Shown here piece after piece: positions 48,558-57,901 of a DNA stretch of 64,000 bases (position 1 is the first letter of the stretch; each line of letters opens with the position of its first letter). The position numbers and the translations under genes were made by a program. Location of the stretch: NCBI GenBank assembly GCA_965232845.1, contig OZ247428.1, positions 2,333,543-2,397,542 of the forward strand, given 5' to 3'. The notes beneath the pieces were generated by a model that did not search any database, was not told the origin of the DNA, and saw nothing but the letters and a program-made list of their open reading frames with translations. The DNA is from Dehalococcoidia bacterium (GTDB taxonomy: Bacteria > Chloroflexota > Dehalococcoidia > Lucifugimonadales > UBA3495).

Positions 48558-49808
48558 ATGAATGAGAATGACACCCCAATTTACGGCAGCTTTGTTGACA
48601 ACATGAGCCTTTCGGTTCATCGCTGGTTTCGATATAGTGCTGGTTTTAGTGGGCAATGGGCTAGAGATGTTATAGCCCAGAGAAGCAAAACATCAGATGT
48701 CAGAATCCTGGACCCATTTGTGGGTTGTGGTACTACACTAATTGCCGCGGAGCAATGCGAGGTCGATTCATGGGGTCTAGACTCACATCCATTTGTTGGC
48801 AGAGTCGCACAGGCCAAATTGGCCTATAGATCTTCGCCACAAGAGTTCCTTGATTTGGCAACAGTCGTACTCGAAAAGGCGAGAGGTCGCAACCCATCAA
48901 TAGATAACTATGCCTCTCTTATCCGCCGCTGCTACACCGATGAAGCACTGGGAGAACTGGATTGCTTGAAGTCAGCTCTCATGGAGGAATCTGACGATTC
49001 GGATCCTTCTCGACTAGTATGGTTAACCCTTGTATCAATTCTACGGGCAACCTCATTTGTAGGGACAGCCAATTGGCAATACCTATTGCCAGGGCGTCGC
49101 AAGACAAACACAAAGGGCCCATTTGAAGCCTTCCAAACAATGGTGAGAACGATTCAGACTGATATGCAACATGAAGCAGGGTTAAACGGACCCCGAGCGA
49201 AGTTTGAAGTTGACGATGCTCGTACATGCGCATCTGTTCCAGATAGCACAATTTCGTTAGTTATCACCTCACCTCCTTATGCCAACAATTACGACTACGC
49301 CGATGCAACCCGACTTGAGATGACATTTCTGGGTGAAATTGCAGGCTGGGGGGACCTGCAATCTCAAGTGAGGCAGCATCTAGTTCGTTCATGCACGCAA
49401 CACGTACCGGAAAGATCAGTGAGCCTTTCCGCCGTGCTGTCTAGTCCTGAGCTTGAACCTATTAAACGCGATATAAACAATGTCTGTGAACAATTGAGTT
49501 TTGAGCGGCAGAACAAAGGCGGCAAGAAGACCTACCATAATATGGTTGCATGTTATTTCTTGGATCTTGCTCGGGTATGGCTAGCACTTAGGCGAGTCTG
49601 CGAAACACCATCTGAGCTTTGCTTCGTCATAGGGGACTCAGCACCTTACGGCGTTTACGTACCGACGCATGAGTGGCTTGGAAAACTGGCTATTGCGGCG
49701 GGCTTCCAATCCTACCATTTCAACAAAGTACGTGACCGAAATACTAAGTGGAAAAACCGAAAGCACCGCGTTCCCCTCTGTGAAGGGGAGCTTTGGGTTA
49801 AAGGATAG
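48558..49808 (+). CDS. DNA methyltransferase, alpha-class-like order (SAM motif before SPPY)
   Basis: ILDPFVGCGTTLIAA (motif I) lies ~190 aa upstream of ITSPPYANNYDY (motif IV). Low G+C. Start taken at ATG 48558; the ORF-track start at 48462 lies inside the MITE. Confidence 0.85.
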   Translation: MNENDTPIYGSFVDNMSLSVHRWFRYSAGFSGQWARDVIAQRSKTSDVRILDPFVGCGTTLIAAEQCEVDSWGLDSHPFVGRVAQAKLAYRSSPQEFLDLATVVLEKARGRNPSIDNYASLIRRCYTDEALGELDCLKSALMEESDDSDPSRLVWLTLVSILRATSFVGTANWQYLLPGRRKTNTKGPFEAFQTMVRTIQTDMQHEAGLNGPRAKFEVDDARTCASVPDSTISLVITSPPYANNYDYADATRLEMTFLGEIAGWGDLQSQVRQHLVRSCTQHVPERSVSLSAVLSSPELEPIKRDINNVCEQLSFERQNKGGKKTYHNMVACYFLDLARVWLALRRVCETPSELCFVIGDSAPYGVYVPTHEWLGKLAIAAGFQSYHFNKVRDRNTKWKNRKHRVPLCEGELWVKG

Positions 49809-49815
49809 GTGAAGC

Positions 49816-50682
49816 TTGGCTCTATCACCTAGTCACCGCTTGGGTCAGTTCATTGGAGACCAACTAGAAGCCGCTGTGAAAGCGCCCTTATCAGAAATCA
49901 CACAGGAATTAGGGCTATATCTGGATTTTCCGCATCGCAGAAAAGTGCGCAGCAATCGAAAAAAAGTCGCTTGGAAGGATTCAAATGGAAACACTCATCT
50001 TCTCGACTATGTTTTGGAGGAAGGAGGGTCTAATACAATTCAAGGGAACCCAAAGGCATTTGTGGAAGTCGCTTGGCGAAGATACACAAGGCATTCCAGG
50101 AACAAGGCACAGGAAATTCAGGGTGCTGTCCTCCCATTGGCAGAGACGTATCAGAACTATAGGCCGTTCCTAGGTGCTGTACTCGCTGGAGTATTCACCG
50201 AAGCGTCTTTAGAACAATTACGGTCACATCGTTTCAACATAGTTTATTGCCCCTATGATACTGTTGTTCAAGCTTTTCAGACCGCAGGCGTAGACATTTC
50301 CTCCGAAGAAAACTCTACAGACGCTGAGCTAGAGAGAAAGGTAGAATCAGCTAAAGTTTTAAGTGAAGTGCAACTAGAGCAAGTTCGTAAAAGTATCATA
50401 TCTCTAAATTCGCACCAGTTTGAGGGATTCTTCGGTAGTCTGCGAAGTTCTCTAGGTCGAAAGGTTAAAAGCGTCTCTATTTTGCCTCTGTCTGGCACCA
50501 CTTTCAGCTTTAGCAAGCTTGAGGATGCTATTCGCTTTATCTCTGAACACGTCCAGCTATCTGAAACTACGGAATTTATTCGGTATGAATTGATTCTTCA
50601 ATATTCGAACGGTGAGGAGATCAGGTGCAGTTTCAATAACAAAGAAAGAGTTATAGAGTTCCTAAATAGTGCAGCAATTTAA
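49816..50682 (+). CDS. probable cognate restriction endonuclease (unverified) / hypothetical protein
   Basis: TTG start 7 nt after the methyltransferase stop, behind AGGTGA. Low G+C. Possible degenerate PD-(D/E)xK-like core (..HLLDYVLEE...AFVEVAWRRY..). Assignment rests mainly on position. Confidence 0.5.
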   Translation: MALSPSHRLGQFIGDQLEAAVKAPLSEITQELGLYLDFPHRRKVRSNRKKVAWKDSNGNTHLLDYVLEEGGSNTIQGNPKAFVEVAWRRYTRHSRNKAQEIQGAVLPLAETYQNYRPFLGAVLAGVFTEASLEQLRSHRFNIVYCPYDTVVQAFQTAGVDISSEENSTDAELERKVESAKVLSEVQLEQVRKSIISLNSHQFEGFFGSLRSSLGRKVKSVSILPLSGTTFSFSKLEDAIRFISEHVQLSETTEFIRYELILQYSNGEEIRCSFNNKERVIEFLNSAAI

Positions 50683-50915
50683 GACTCTTCCCCAACTCTA
50701 GGTAAAGCACGAGCCTCAGTCAAGGAACCGAAAGTATACAGTGATTGTCGCCACATTATCCGTCACTTCCACGCTGGTAATGTTGATGGTCATTAAAGAA
50801 TAGGAACATTCCTTCGCCCCACCACCACCCCAACTGACACCCGCCCATTGCCACCCTGACTCCCGCCGTCCAAAATAAATGTAGGCGTTACCACGTTTCG
50901 TTGGCTGGAGTTGCA

Positions 50916-51593
50916 ATGACCCGGGAACAGTTGCGCGGCAGCCTGCTGTTGCTCCTAGCCGTCGCGGCTTCCCTGCTCATTGCCACCCTGGCCCTTGACG
51001 CCTGGATGCCCGATTCCGACCTGGAAAGATCGGCCCAGGTTATCCAGGGATATGCCGCCGCTTTCACCATCCTGGCTGGCGCACTGTTCGCCGCCTTCCG
51101 GTTCGACCTGTTCCGCAACTTCATTCCCCACGCCAGCATCAGCCAGCAGGTCTCCCACCGGGTCATCAGCGACAGTTACGTTCACATCCTGGTAACCGCC
51201 ACCCTCACCAACAATTCCAAGGTCAAGCTGGATTTTCGCGAGGGCTTTTGCCGCCTGCAACTGCTCGGTTCCCACACCGACAGCGAGGTCGAGGAAATTT
51301 ACCGGGAAGTCTTTGCCGACGACAACCCCAGGGCGCGGCGGGATTTTCAGTGGACAACCCTGGACGAGAAGCCGCTGAGTTGGGACCGCAACGAACTCAT
51401 CATCGAGCCTGGCGGGTCCCACCAGGAAACCTGTGAATTCATAGTCACCGCCGCGGTAACCTCGGTCCTGGCCTACAGCTACTTCTACAATCCCGCCGCG
51501 CCGGTCAAACCCGAAGGCTGGGGCGTAACTACCGCCTATGATATAATGAGTGCCGACGGTACGGTGGAGGTGTTACATGCGGTCCAAGAGTAA
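50916..51593 (+). CDS. membrane-anchored hypothetical protein (2 N-terminal TM helices plus beta-rich domain)
   Basis: ATG behind GGAG. LLLLLAVAASLLIATLAL and YAAAFTILAGALFAAF helices. No family recognised. Host-like high G+C. Confidence 0.55.
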   Translation: MTREQLRGSLLLLLAVAASLLIATLALDAWMPDSDLERSAQVIQGYAAAFTILAGALFAAFRFDLFRNFIPHASISQQVSHRVISDSYVHILVTATLTNNSKVKLDFREGFCRLQLLGSHTDSEVEEIYREVFADDNPRARRDFQWTTLDEKPLSWDRNELIIEPGGSHQETCEFIVTAAVTSVLAYSYFYNPAAPVKPEGWGVTTAYDIMSADGTVEVLHAVQE

Positions 51594-51738
51594 GTCCGTC
51601 CGGACTGGTGGCTCCACTTCCCCTAAAGTCCCCGGAGGACTGTCACCCAGGGTGGCGCCGCCCAAGATCAAAGGCAGCGATAAGCCTCCTGGCCCCGTTC
51701 CCAAGCTAAATACAAAGGCCTGAACGCCCCCTCCCTAC

Positions 51739-53061
51739 ATGGAAACAGCTTTTATCGCCATCATAGCTTTTGTCCCCATGCTGGTGATGTTGGTCGTCAT
51801 TCACGAATGGGGACACTTCTTCACCGCCAAAGCCTTCGGCGTTAAGGTGCTGGAATTCGGCATCGGCTATCCGCCCCGGGCCTTCAGCGTCTTCACCGGC
51901 CGCACCCGCGTGCTGCTGGACGACAACACCCAGTACATCAACCTTCCCGGCGTTGCCGGCGTTCTCCCCGGCCAGCGGGTCCGCCTGCACACTGCCGAGG
52001 ACGCCAGCGGCAACCTGGTGGCCCGCGTCGTCCAGGCCTCCCTGCCCGGCGGAGGGCGCCGCCAGTCTTCCCTCCACGACATGGGCAACGACGAATACCT
52101 CCAGCACGAGGGCACGGTCAAGGAGATCGGCCCGGAGTCCCTGGTCGTAGCCGACATGGTCTATTCCCTGAACTGGCTGCCCCTGGGCGGCTTCGTCCGA
52201 CTGGCCGGTGAGAACAATCCGGCGGTGCCCCGCAGCCTGGCCGCCAAGGGCCCCGGCCCCCGCGCCATAATCCTGGCCGCCGGTTCCCTGGTTAACGCCG
52301 CCTTCCCCCTGCTGGCCTTCACCCTGCTGTTCATGATTCCCCAGAGCGTTACCGTGGGACAGGTGCAGGTCGAGGAAGTAGTTGCCAATTCCCCCGCCAT
52401 GGCCGCCGGCATCCGTCCCGGCGACCTTGTCCTGACCGCCGGAGACAAGACCATCGAGCACGGCTCCGACCTGGTGCGGGCCACCACCCTCAACGCCGGT
52501 TCGCCAATGGACTGGTTGATCGAACGGGAAGGCCGCACCGAAATTGTCCAGTTGACCCCCCGGGTCAACCCGCCCGAGGGACAGGGCGCCACCGGCATCC
52601 GCATCGGATTGGTCAACCTGCGCTCCGAGACTCGCTACGAACCTCCCTGGACGGCAGTGTGGCTGGGCGTCACCAACACCTGGGAGATGTTGACCCTGCT
52701 GCGCCAGGAAATATCCTCGTGGATAACCGGTACCCGCGCGCCCCAGTTATCCGGCCCCGTGGGCATAGCCCAGGTAACCGGCGAGGTAACCCGCGACGGC
52801 GGCCTGCGCGGCTGGGTCGTGCTGTCCATCCTCTTCAGCATCAACCTTGCCATCCTCAACCTCCTGCCCATCCCCATGCTGGACGGCGGCCGGCTGGTCT
52901 TCGTGATGCTGGAATGGGTCCGGGGCGGCAAGCGCATACCCGCCGATAGGGAGGGCCTGGTTCACCTGATCGGGTTCGTAGTCCTGATAGGCTTCATCCT
53001 CTTCATCACCTACAACGACATCGTCCGCATGGTCCAGGGAGGCAGCCCCCTGGGCGGCTGA
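51739..53061 (+). CDS. rseP: RIP site-2 metalloprotease RseP/M50 family with PDZ domain
   Basis: IHEWGHFFTAKAFG (HExxH), a PDZ-like middle (..VVANSPAMAAGIRPGDLVL..) and ..NLLPIPMLDGGRL.. Confidence 0.9.
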   Translation: METAFIAIIAFVPMLVMLVVIHEWGHFFTAKAFGVKVLEFGIGYPPRAFSVFTGRTRVLLDDNTQYINLPGVAGVLPGQRVRLHTAEDASGNLVARVVQASLPGGGRRQSSLHDMGNDEYLQHEGTVKEIGPESLVVADMVYSLNWLPLGGFVRLAGENNPAVPRSLAAKGPGPRAIILAAGSLVNAAFPLLAFTLLFMIPQSVTVGQVQVEEVVANSPAMAAGIRPGDLVLTAGDKTIEHGSDLVRATTLNAGSPMDWLIEREGRTEIVQLTPRVNPPEGQGATGIRIGLVNLRSETRYEPPWTAVWLGVTNTWEMLTLLRQEISSWITGTRAPQLSGPVGIAQVTGEVTRDGGLRGWVVLSILFSINLAILNLLPIPMLDGGRLVFVMLEWVRGGKRIPADREGLVHLIGFVVLIGFILFITYNDIVRMVQGGSPLGG

Positions 53062-53237
53062 CCTACCCTCCTCGAATAGGCACGAATGGTTGGATGAATT
53101 CCACTCCAATCACGGCGATTGTGTGAAACCGGTCAAGTCGGACCGAAAATGATACTTACCATCCTGTCAGCCTGTCCAGCGTTAGTATTGCCTACAAGTC
53201 TGAAAATATCTAAGGCCTGTCGTCTTAAGGTGGAACA

Positions 53238-54131
53238 ATGACACTTGAACGCCCCGAACTGTGGCGACTCGATTACTACAACTTAATTTGCTACAGTAAT
53301 CCAGACAATGATGTATTCCACAGGAGTGAGGGGCGCGAGAAGATTGAAAAGAGTCGACTGTGGGAATATACAGACGACGAGACAATAGAAGCCTTCAAGG
53401 AAAACACTGTCCAACTGGCACAGCTGCCCAGCCTAGTTTTGACGGAATGCAATTGCAGGTCCGCAAACAACTGTACCGGAAAGGCATTCTTCACTCGCTT
53501 AAGTAGCATACATGAAGAGAGAAATAGTATTGCCTTTGGTTTTCATCACTTAGGCGGCGGGATGACCTCTTGTGAAGCGTTCAACTACTTAACTGGCATT
53601 ACCCTAGGCCCCGGTGAGCGTACAAGAACCCACTGGGCGGTCAAGAAAGGCAATTTATTGGAAAGAATGGGCGAGTTTTGGGCCAAGCAGACACAGCGAG
53701 GCAAGCCGAGCGTTTTCGGAATTGAAGATTGGCCACTCCCCCAACAAGGCCACATTGCGGTAATGATGCCTTTCTCGGCGGCTTTTCAGCCTGTATTCGA
53801 TGCCATCAGTGGAGCTTGTGCGCGAGAGCGGGTTCCTTCATTGAGAGTTGATGATATCTACGGACCAAACGTAATTATCAAGGACATCTTCAGCACCATT
53901 GAAACGAGCAGGCTAGTGATATGTGACATCACCAATAAGAACCCGAATGTACTTTATGAGGCCGGCATCGCACACGCTAGGAATAAGGACGTAATTCTAC
54001 TGACTCAGAACGATGCAGATGTTCCCTTTAATCTCTCCCAAATAAGGCATATCCGATACTTGCCTAATCAGGAGGGATTCAAGAAACTGGAGGATGACGT
54101 TCACAAATTCATCATTGCCGCCTTCGGCTAG
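53238..54131 (+). CDS. hypothetical protein: unknown N-terminal ~165 aa plus C-terminal nucleoside 2-deoxyribosyltransferase-like/TIR-like Rossmannoid domain
   Basis: RBS AAGGTGG. The C-terminal HIAVMMPFSAAF..VFDAI...C......LRVDDI.....II.DIF..IE.SRLVICDITNKNPNVLYEAGIAHARNKDVILL matches the (V/A)MPF ... DLT..NPNV.YE.G.A.A..K.VI pattern of this fold. Low G+C. Confidence 0.6.
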   Translation: MTLERPELWRLDYYNLICYSNPDNDVFHRSEGREKIEKSRLWEYTDDETIEAFKENTVQLAQLPSLVLTECNCRSANNCTGKAFFTRLSSIHEERNSIAFGFHHLGGGMTSCEAFNYLTGITLGPGERTRTHWAVKKGNLLERMGEFWAKQTQRGKPSVFGIEDWPLPQQGHIAVMMPFSAAFQPVFDAISGACARERVPSLRVDDIYGPNVIIKDIFSTIETSRLVICDITNKNPNVLYEAGIAHARNKDVILLTQNDADVPFNLSQIRHIRYLPNQEGFKKLEDDVHKFIIAAFG

Positions 54132-54251
54132 GCTTGATGTCTAAGGTGGAAAGCTGGGTATCCAGCCCCCTCCGCTTTGCGTAAATTAGGCTCAGTAATT
54201 CTACTCTTGGATAAGAAAGCGAAGTACCGGTGCCCTATGGGATAAGCCCCC

Positions 54252-55334
54252 CTACCCCCGAAACTTCGGCATCACCCCTTCACTCAATAGTCGCAACGAC
54301 TTTGCCGTCTTCTCCGCCGAAACCAGCCCCCGGTTGGTCAGCATCAGGTTGCGGATACCGGCGTCCCGCATTTGCGCCAGGTGCTCCGACACCCGCCCTG
54401 GGCTGCCCACGATGATCTCAGCCCCGTCCGGGTCCGGCTTGTCGGCGTAACCCTCACGACCCATGGGGGGCGGCTGCCGGTCCATTGAATACTGGGGTGG
54501 ATTCCACGTAGTGCGATAGTGCTGCATGTTGGCCCACGCCTCATTCTGGGCCGGCAGGAACTCCTCCATCGCCTGCTCGTCGGTTTCCGCCAGGTGCAAC
54601 TCCCGCCACACCCAGATCTGGTCGAGATTTGCCTCTATCGCCGCCTCGTCAAACCCCGCCTCGGCCATGGTGTCCCGGTACAGGCGGATGCTGGCGGCGG
54701 TATGGTTGGTGGACCGCCCCCGCAGCAAAATGGGCCGGCCAATGCGCGCCATGGCCTTCACCGACTCGTCGTCAATGCAGGCCCTCGCCAGTCGGGGATG
54801 GGGCTTCTGGTAGGGCCGGGGACGCGACGACGGGAACGCCACCTGGTAGTGCTTCCCCTTAAACTCCAGGTTGTCAGTGGTCCACGCCTGGATCAGCAGG
54901 TCTTCGGCCTCCTCCAGTTGCTCTGGCCCCAAATCCGGATTGGTGCCGAAGCCAATGTATTCGTAGGCGTTGTAATTGGAACCCCGGGCTGTACCCACAA
55001 TAATGCGGCCCTGGGTCAGGTTGTCCAGCAACGCAGTCTGGGTCGCCACCCGCACCGGATTGTGCAGGGGCAACTCCAGGATGCCAAAACCAATATCAAC
55101 CCTGCTTGTCTTAACGGCCAAAGCCGCGGCGAACACCAGCGGGTCGCCGTAAACACACTCGCCGGTGAAGTAGTGCTCCGCCAGCCAGATGGCGTCAAAC
55201 CCCAGTTCCTCCACCAACTCCGCCTCGGCGAGGCACTCCTGTATCTCCTGCTCGTCCCGGGAGTCGTCAAACTTCATGGGGTAAAAGAAGTGCCCAAAGC
55301 GCATGGTTATTGCCTCCATATTTTCACCATTCAC
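54252..55334 (-). CDS. LLM-class (luciferase-like) flavin/F420-dependent oxidoreductase
   Basis: MRFGHFFYP...E.VEELGFDAIWLAEHYF.. is the typical LLM N-terminus; the start is probably at this internal Met. Confidence 0.85.
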   Translation of the reverse strand: MNGENMEAITMRFGHFFYPMKFDDSRDEQEIQECLAEAELVEELGFDAIWLAEHYFTGECVYGDPLVFAAALAVKTSRVDIGFGILELPLHNPVRVATQTALLDNLTQGRIIVGTARGSNYNAYEYIGFGTNPDLGPEQLEEAEDLLIQAWTTDNLEFKGKHYQVAFPSSRPRPYQKPHPRLARACIDDESVKAMARIGRPILLRGRSTNHTAASIRLYRDTMAEAGFDEAAIEANLDQIWVWRELHLAETDEQAMEEFLPAQNEAWANMQHYRTTWNPPQYSMDRQPPPMGREGYADKPDPDGAEIIVGSPGRVSEHLAQMRDAGIRNLMLTNRGLVSAEKTAKSLRLLSEGVMPKFRG

Positions 55335-55457
55335 TCTATTTTGTTACCTGCTAGGCCGCACCCAAGTGTTTTATTTCAATGGCGACCAAGTATCTTCAAA
55401 ATGAATCAGTGATACACAGACTGAACCAGCAGCCCATATCACCACTTTATGGCCCTA

Positions 55458-55486
55458 TTGACTTATGGCTTATTGGGCCATATACT
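55458..55486 (+). promoter_or_regulatory. sigma70-like promoter embedded in an 8-bp inverted repeat
   Basis: TTGACT-17 nt-TATACT (55458-55463 / 55481-55486). tatggccc (55448-55455) and gggccata (55475-55482) bracket or overlap it. Lies 33 nt upstream of the ATG at 55519. Confidence 0.45.
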
Positions 55487-55518
55487 GCTTCCATAACATT
55501 TTACATAAGGAGTACGTT

Positions 55519-56382
55519 ATGGTTAGTGAAGCCCAGATTGCACCCAAAAAGCGTAGGGAGAGAAGTCCCGCCTATCCCGCAATAGACTTGGAAACCGCGA
55601 TACAGCGGTTAGAAAAAGTCTATGAGAAGGAAAGCCGCCAACCGGTACCTGTCAGCGTTATAATGGAACATTGGAATTATACCCCTAAGAGCAGTTATGG
55701 TCTCCAGACAGTTGCTGCTTTGCTGAAGTACGAACTGATGGAAGATGAAGGTTCGGGACTGGATAGATTGGTGAAAATCACCGACCTCGGGCTATCCATC
55801 CTTGTACCTGAAAACGCATCAGAACAGCAGCGGGCTATTAAGCAAGCGGCCCTGTCACCTGCCATAATTAATGATGTATGGACCAATTTTAAGGGCCAAT
55901 TGCCTAGTGATGGCACAATTAAAGTTTACTTAATACGCCATAAAACGTTTAATCCCCGATCTGTTGATGAAGTTATTGGTGTAATAAGGCGTACTATTGA
56001 GTTCTCAAAGCCCGCTTATGGCGATCTAGAAGTTGACGAAGTCCCTATGGAATGCGATGAACAAAGCGTGGAGGAAGCAAGCAACCCGACCCAGCTATCT
56101 TTATCGTCTGATTCTGCCGAAACCGCAGCCTCGGAAATAGACCTTCAGCCCAACCTAGCAGAAAAAACCGGGTTCCCTGCCGTACAATCTCAGGTTCGGA
56201 CCCTTCAATTGCCGCTATTTGAAGGAAAGTGGGCTCAGTTTCAAGCACCGTTTCCTATAAGCGAATATGATTGGCAACAGATGCTAGCTGTACTCGAAGC
56301 CATGAAACCTGGATTGGTCTTTAATAATTCACAGGAACAAAGTGCAACCGTTGTGGAGGAACTGGATGTTCCTGATTCATAG
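55519..56382 (+). CDS. hypothetical protein (288 aa), no recognisable family
   Basis: AAGGAG-7 nt-ATG. Low G+C. N-terminal half looks alpha-helical and globular; C-terminal half is acidic/low-complexity, then ..WAQFQAPFPISEYDWQQMLAVLEAMKP.. Confidence 0.6.
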   Translation: MVSEAQIAPKKRRERSPAYPAIDLETAIQRLEKVYEKESRQPVPVSVIMEHWNYTPKSSYGLQTVAALLKYELMEDEGSGLDRLVKITDLGLSILVPENASEQQRAIKQAALSPAIINDVWTNFKGQLPSDGTIKVYLIRHKTFNPRSVDEVIGVIRRTIEFSKPAYGDLEVDEVPMECDEQSVEEASNPTQLSLSSDSAETAASEIDLQPNLAEKTGFPAVQSQVRTLQLPLFEGKWAQFQAPFPISEYDWQQMLAVLEAMKPGLVFNNSQEQSATVVEELDVPDS

Positions 56383-56595
56383 GTGACCTTATTCCCTTTT
56401 ATCCATGTCTCTAGTAGCGGTAACCTCGCTCGTTATTCGCCCCGTCCCCTCCGTTAAAAAGAATTCGAGCCAATAGTTTGCAACCTTTCACTGAAAGAAC
56501 CTGCCTTAAGCATTCGTGGGGGTCTTCTGCTCCATTTGGTTCCTTTATGGAAAGGATGAGTAGGGCAGTAGGCCTCTACAAATGGATACTCTCCT

Positions 56596-57705
56596 TCACG
56601 CAAACGCCGGCATTACCTCATCCGCAAACAGCCGTATCGACTTTTGGGCCGCCCCCGGGTCCATGTACCCGAACATGTGGCGGGCGCACAAAATGTCGTG
56701 GCCCATAAGGTCATGCTGCTCCTGCAATTGCCGCGCCACAGTTTCCGGACTGCCCACCAGCGCTATCCCGTTGTCCACCCAGAAATCAAAGGAGTTGGCC
56801 CGCTCCCGGAAGGTGCGGCGGAGTTCGGCCCGCTCCGGCGTTCCGGGGTCGTCGCCCCGCATCCCGCCCGGGCCATGCCCCAGCCTGGTGGCGCCGATGA
56901 TGTCACGGCCCTTCCCTGCCGGCACTGCCTCGGGAAAGGCGGCGGTTGCCAGGTGGGGTTCCGCTTGTTCCCTGGCCTTCGCGTCGGTCTCGGCCACGTG
57001 GACGTGGCGGGTCAGGAAGGTCCTGGGCATGGGCGCCGGATGCCCCTCCTGTCGCCACAGGTCTCGCCAGGTCTCGAATTTCTCAGCGATAACCGGGTCA
57101 ATATCGATGTTCTGGGAGACATGGAAGTTCTTTTTTGCAGCGTACTCAAAGCTGGCCGCGCTATGGCAGCCGAACCAGACCGGCGGATGGGGCTGCTGGA
57201 AGGGCTTGGGAGTGGTCAAAACCTCATCAAACTTGAAAAACTCGCCGTCGTAGGTAACGCTGTCCTGGGTCCACGCCTGGAGAATTATGTCGATTGCCTC
57301 TTCGCTGATGTCCCGCCTCCGGTCGAAGGGCACGTTCCAGCGCAGGAACTCATGGGTGGTTACCCCGGTCCCGGCCCCGAACTCAATGCGCCCCTTGGAC
57401 AGGTGGTCCAGCATCGCCACGTCTTCAGCAAGGCGGATGGGATGGTGGAATGGCAGCTGGTAGATCATCACACCAAACCGCAATGCGCTGGTGGCCCGCG
57501 CCAGGGCGGTCAAATAGATGTTGGGCGCGCTGAGGAAGCTGACTGCCGAGGTCTGGTGCTCGATGGAAAAATAGTACTTGTACCCCATCTGCTCGGCTTC
57601 CTGCGCCCCTCGGATGTGTTCCTCGTAAACATCGGCGGCAGTAGCGTGGGACTCCATCTGGGGCTGGTCCAGCACGTCATAAAGTCCGATTTCCAGTTTC
57701 GCCAT
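56596..57705 (-). CDS. LLM-class (luciferase-like) flavin/F420-dependent oxidoreductase
   Basis: ..GAQEAEQMGYKYYFSIEHQ.., ..GRIEFGAGTG.. 369 aa. Confidence 0.85.
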   Translation of the reverse strand: MAKLEIGLYDVLDQPQMESHATAADVYEEHIRGAQEAEQMGYKYYFSIEHQTSAVSFLSAPNIYLTALARATSALRFGVMIYQLPFHHPIRLAEDVAMLDHLSKGRIEFGAGTGVTTHEFLRWNVPFDRRRDISEEAIDIILQAWTQDSVTYDGEFFKFDEVLTTPKPFQQPHPPVWFGCHSAASFEYAAKKNFHVSQNIDIDPVIAEKFETWRDLWRQEGHPAPMPRTFLTRHVHVAETDAKAREQAEPHLATAAFPEAVPAGKGRDIIGATRLGHGPGGMRGDDPGTPERAELRRTFRERANSFDFWVDNGIALVGSPETVARQLQEQHDLMGHDILCARHMFGYMDPGAAQKSIRLFADEVMPAFA

Positions 57706-57757
57706 ATAAAGACACCTCCAGTTAGGGTAAGCGCCGTCCAGGAAACTATCTCAAGAG

Positions 57758-57797
57758 TCCCTCCCCCTCGACGGGGGAAGGCCAGGACGGGGGTGAC
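57758..57797. repeat. GC-rich palindromic (REP-like) element, variant 2
   Basis: tccctccccctcgacgggggaaggccaggacgggggtgac. A related copy at 38859-38896 shares ggaaggccaggacgggggtg. Confidence 0.8.
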
Positions 57798-57901
57798 TCC
57801 CGGCCTGTTTTCACCGCTGGGCATAGGCGATGCTTTCACCGCCATTATTTAAATAGTTTCCATGTGACGACCCGAAGCAGAGAATCCTGCCAGGAAGGTC
57901 A

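Noticed and set aside
48218-50699. 9-bp inverted repeat gagttgggg / ccccaactc at the two edges of the low-G+C R-M cassette, as possible island termini
   Set aside because: It is only 9 bp, and one copy lies inside the dxr coding sequence. A chance match in windows of this size is plausible. No flanking direct repeats.
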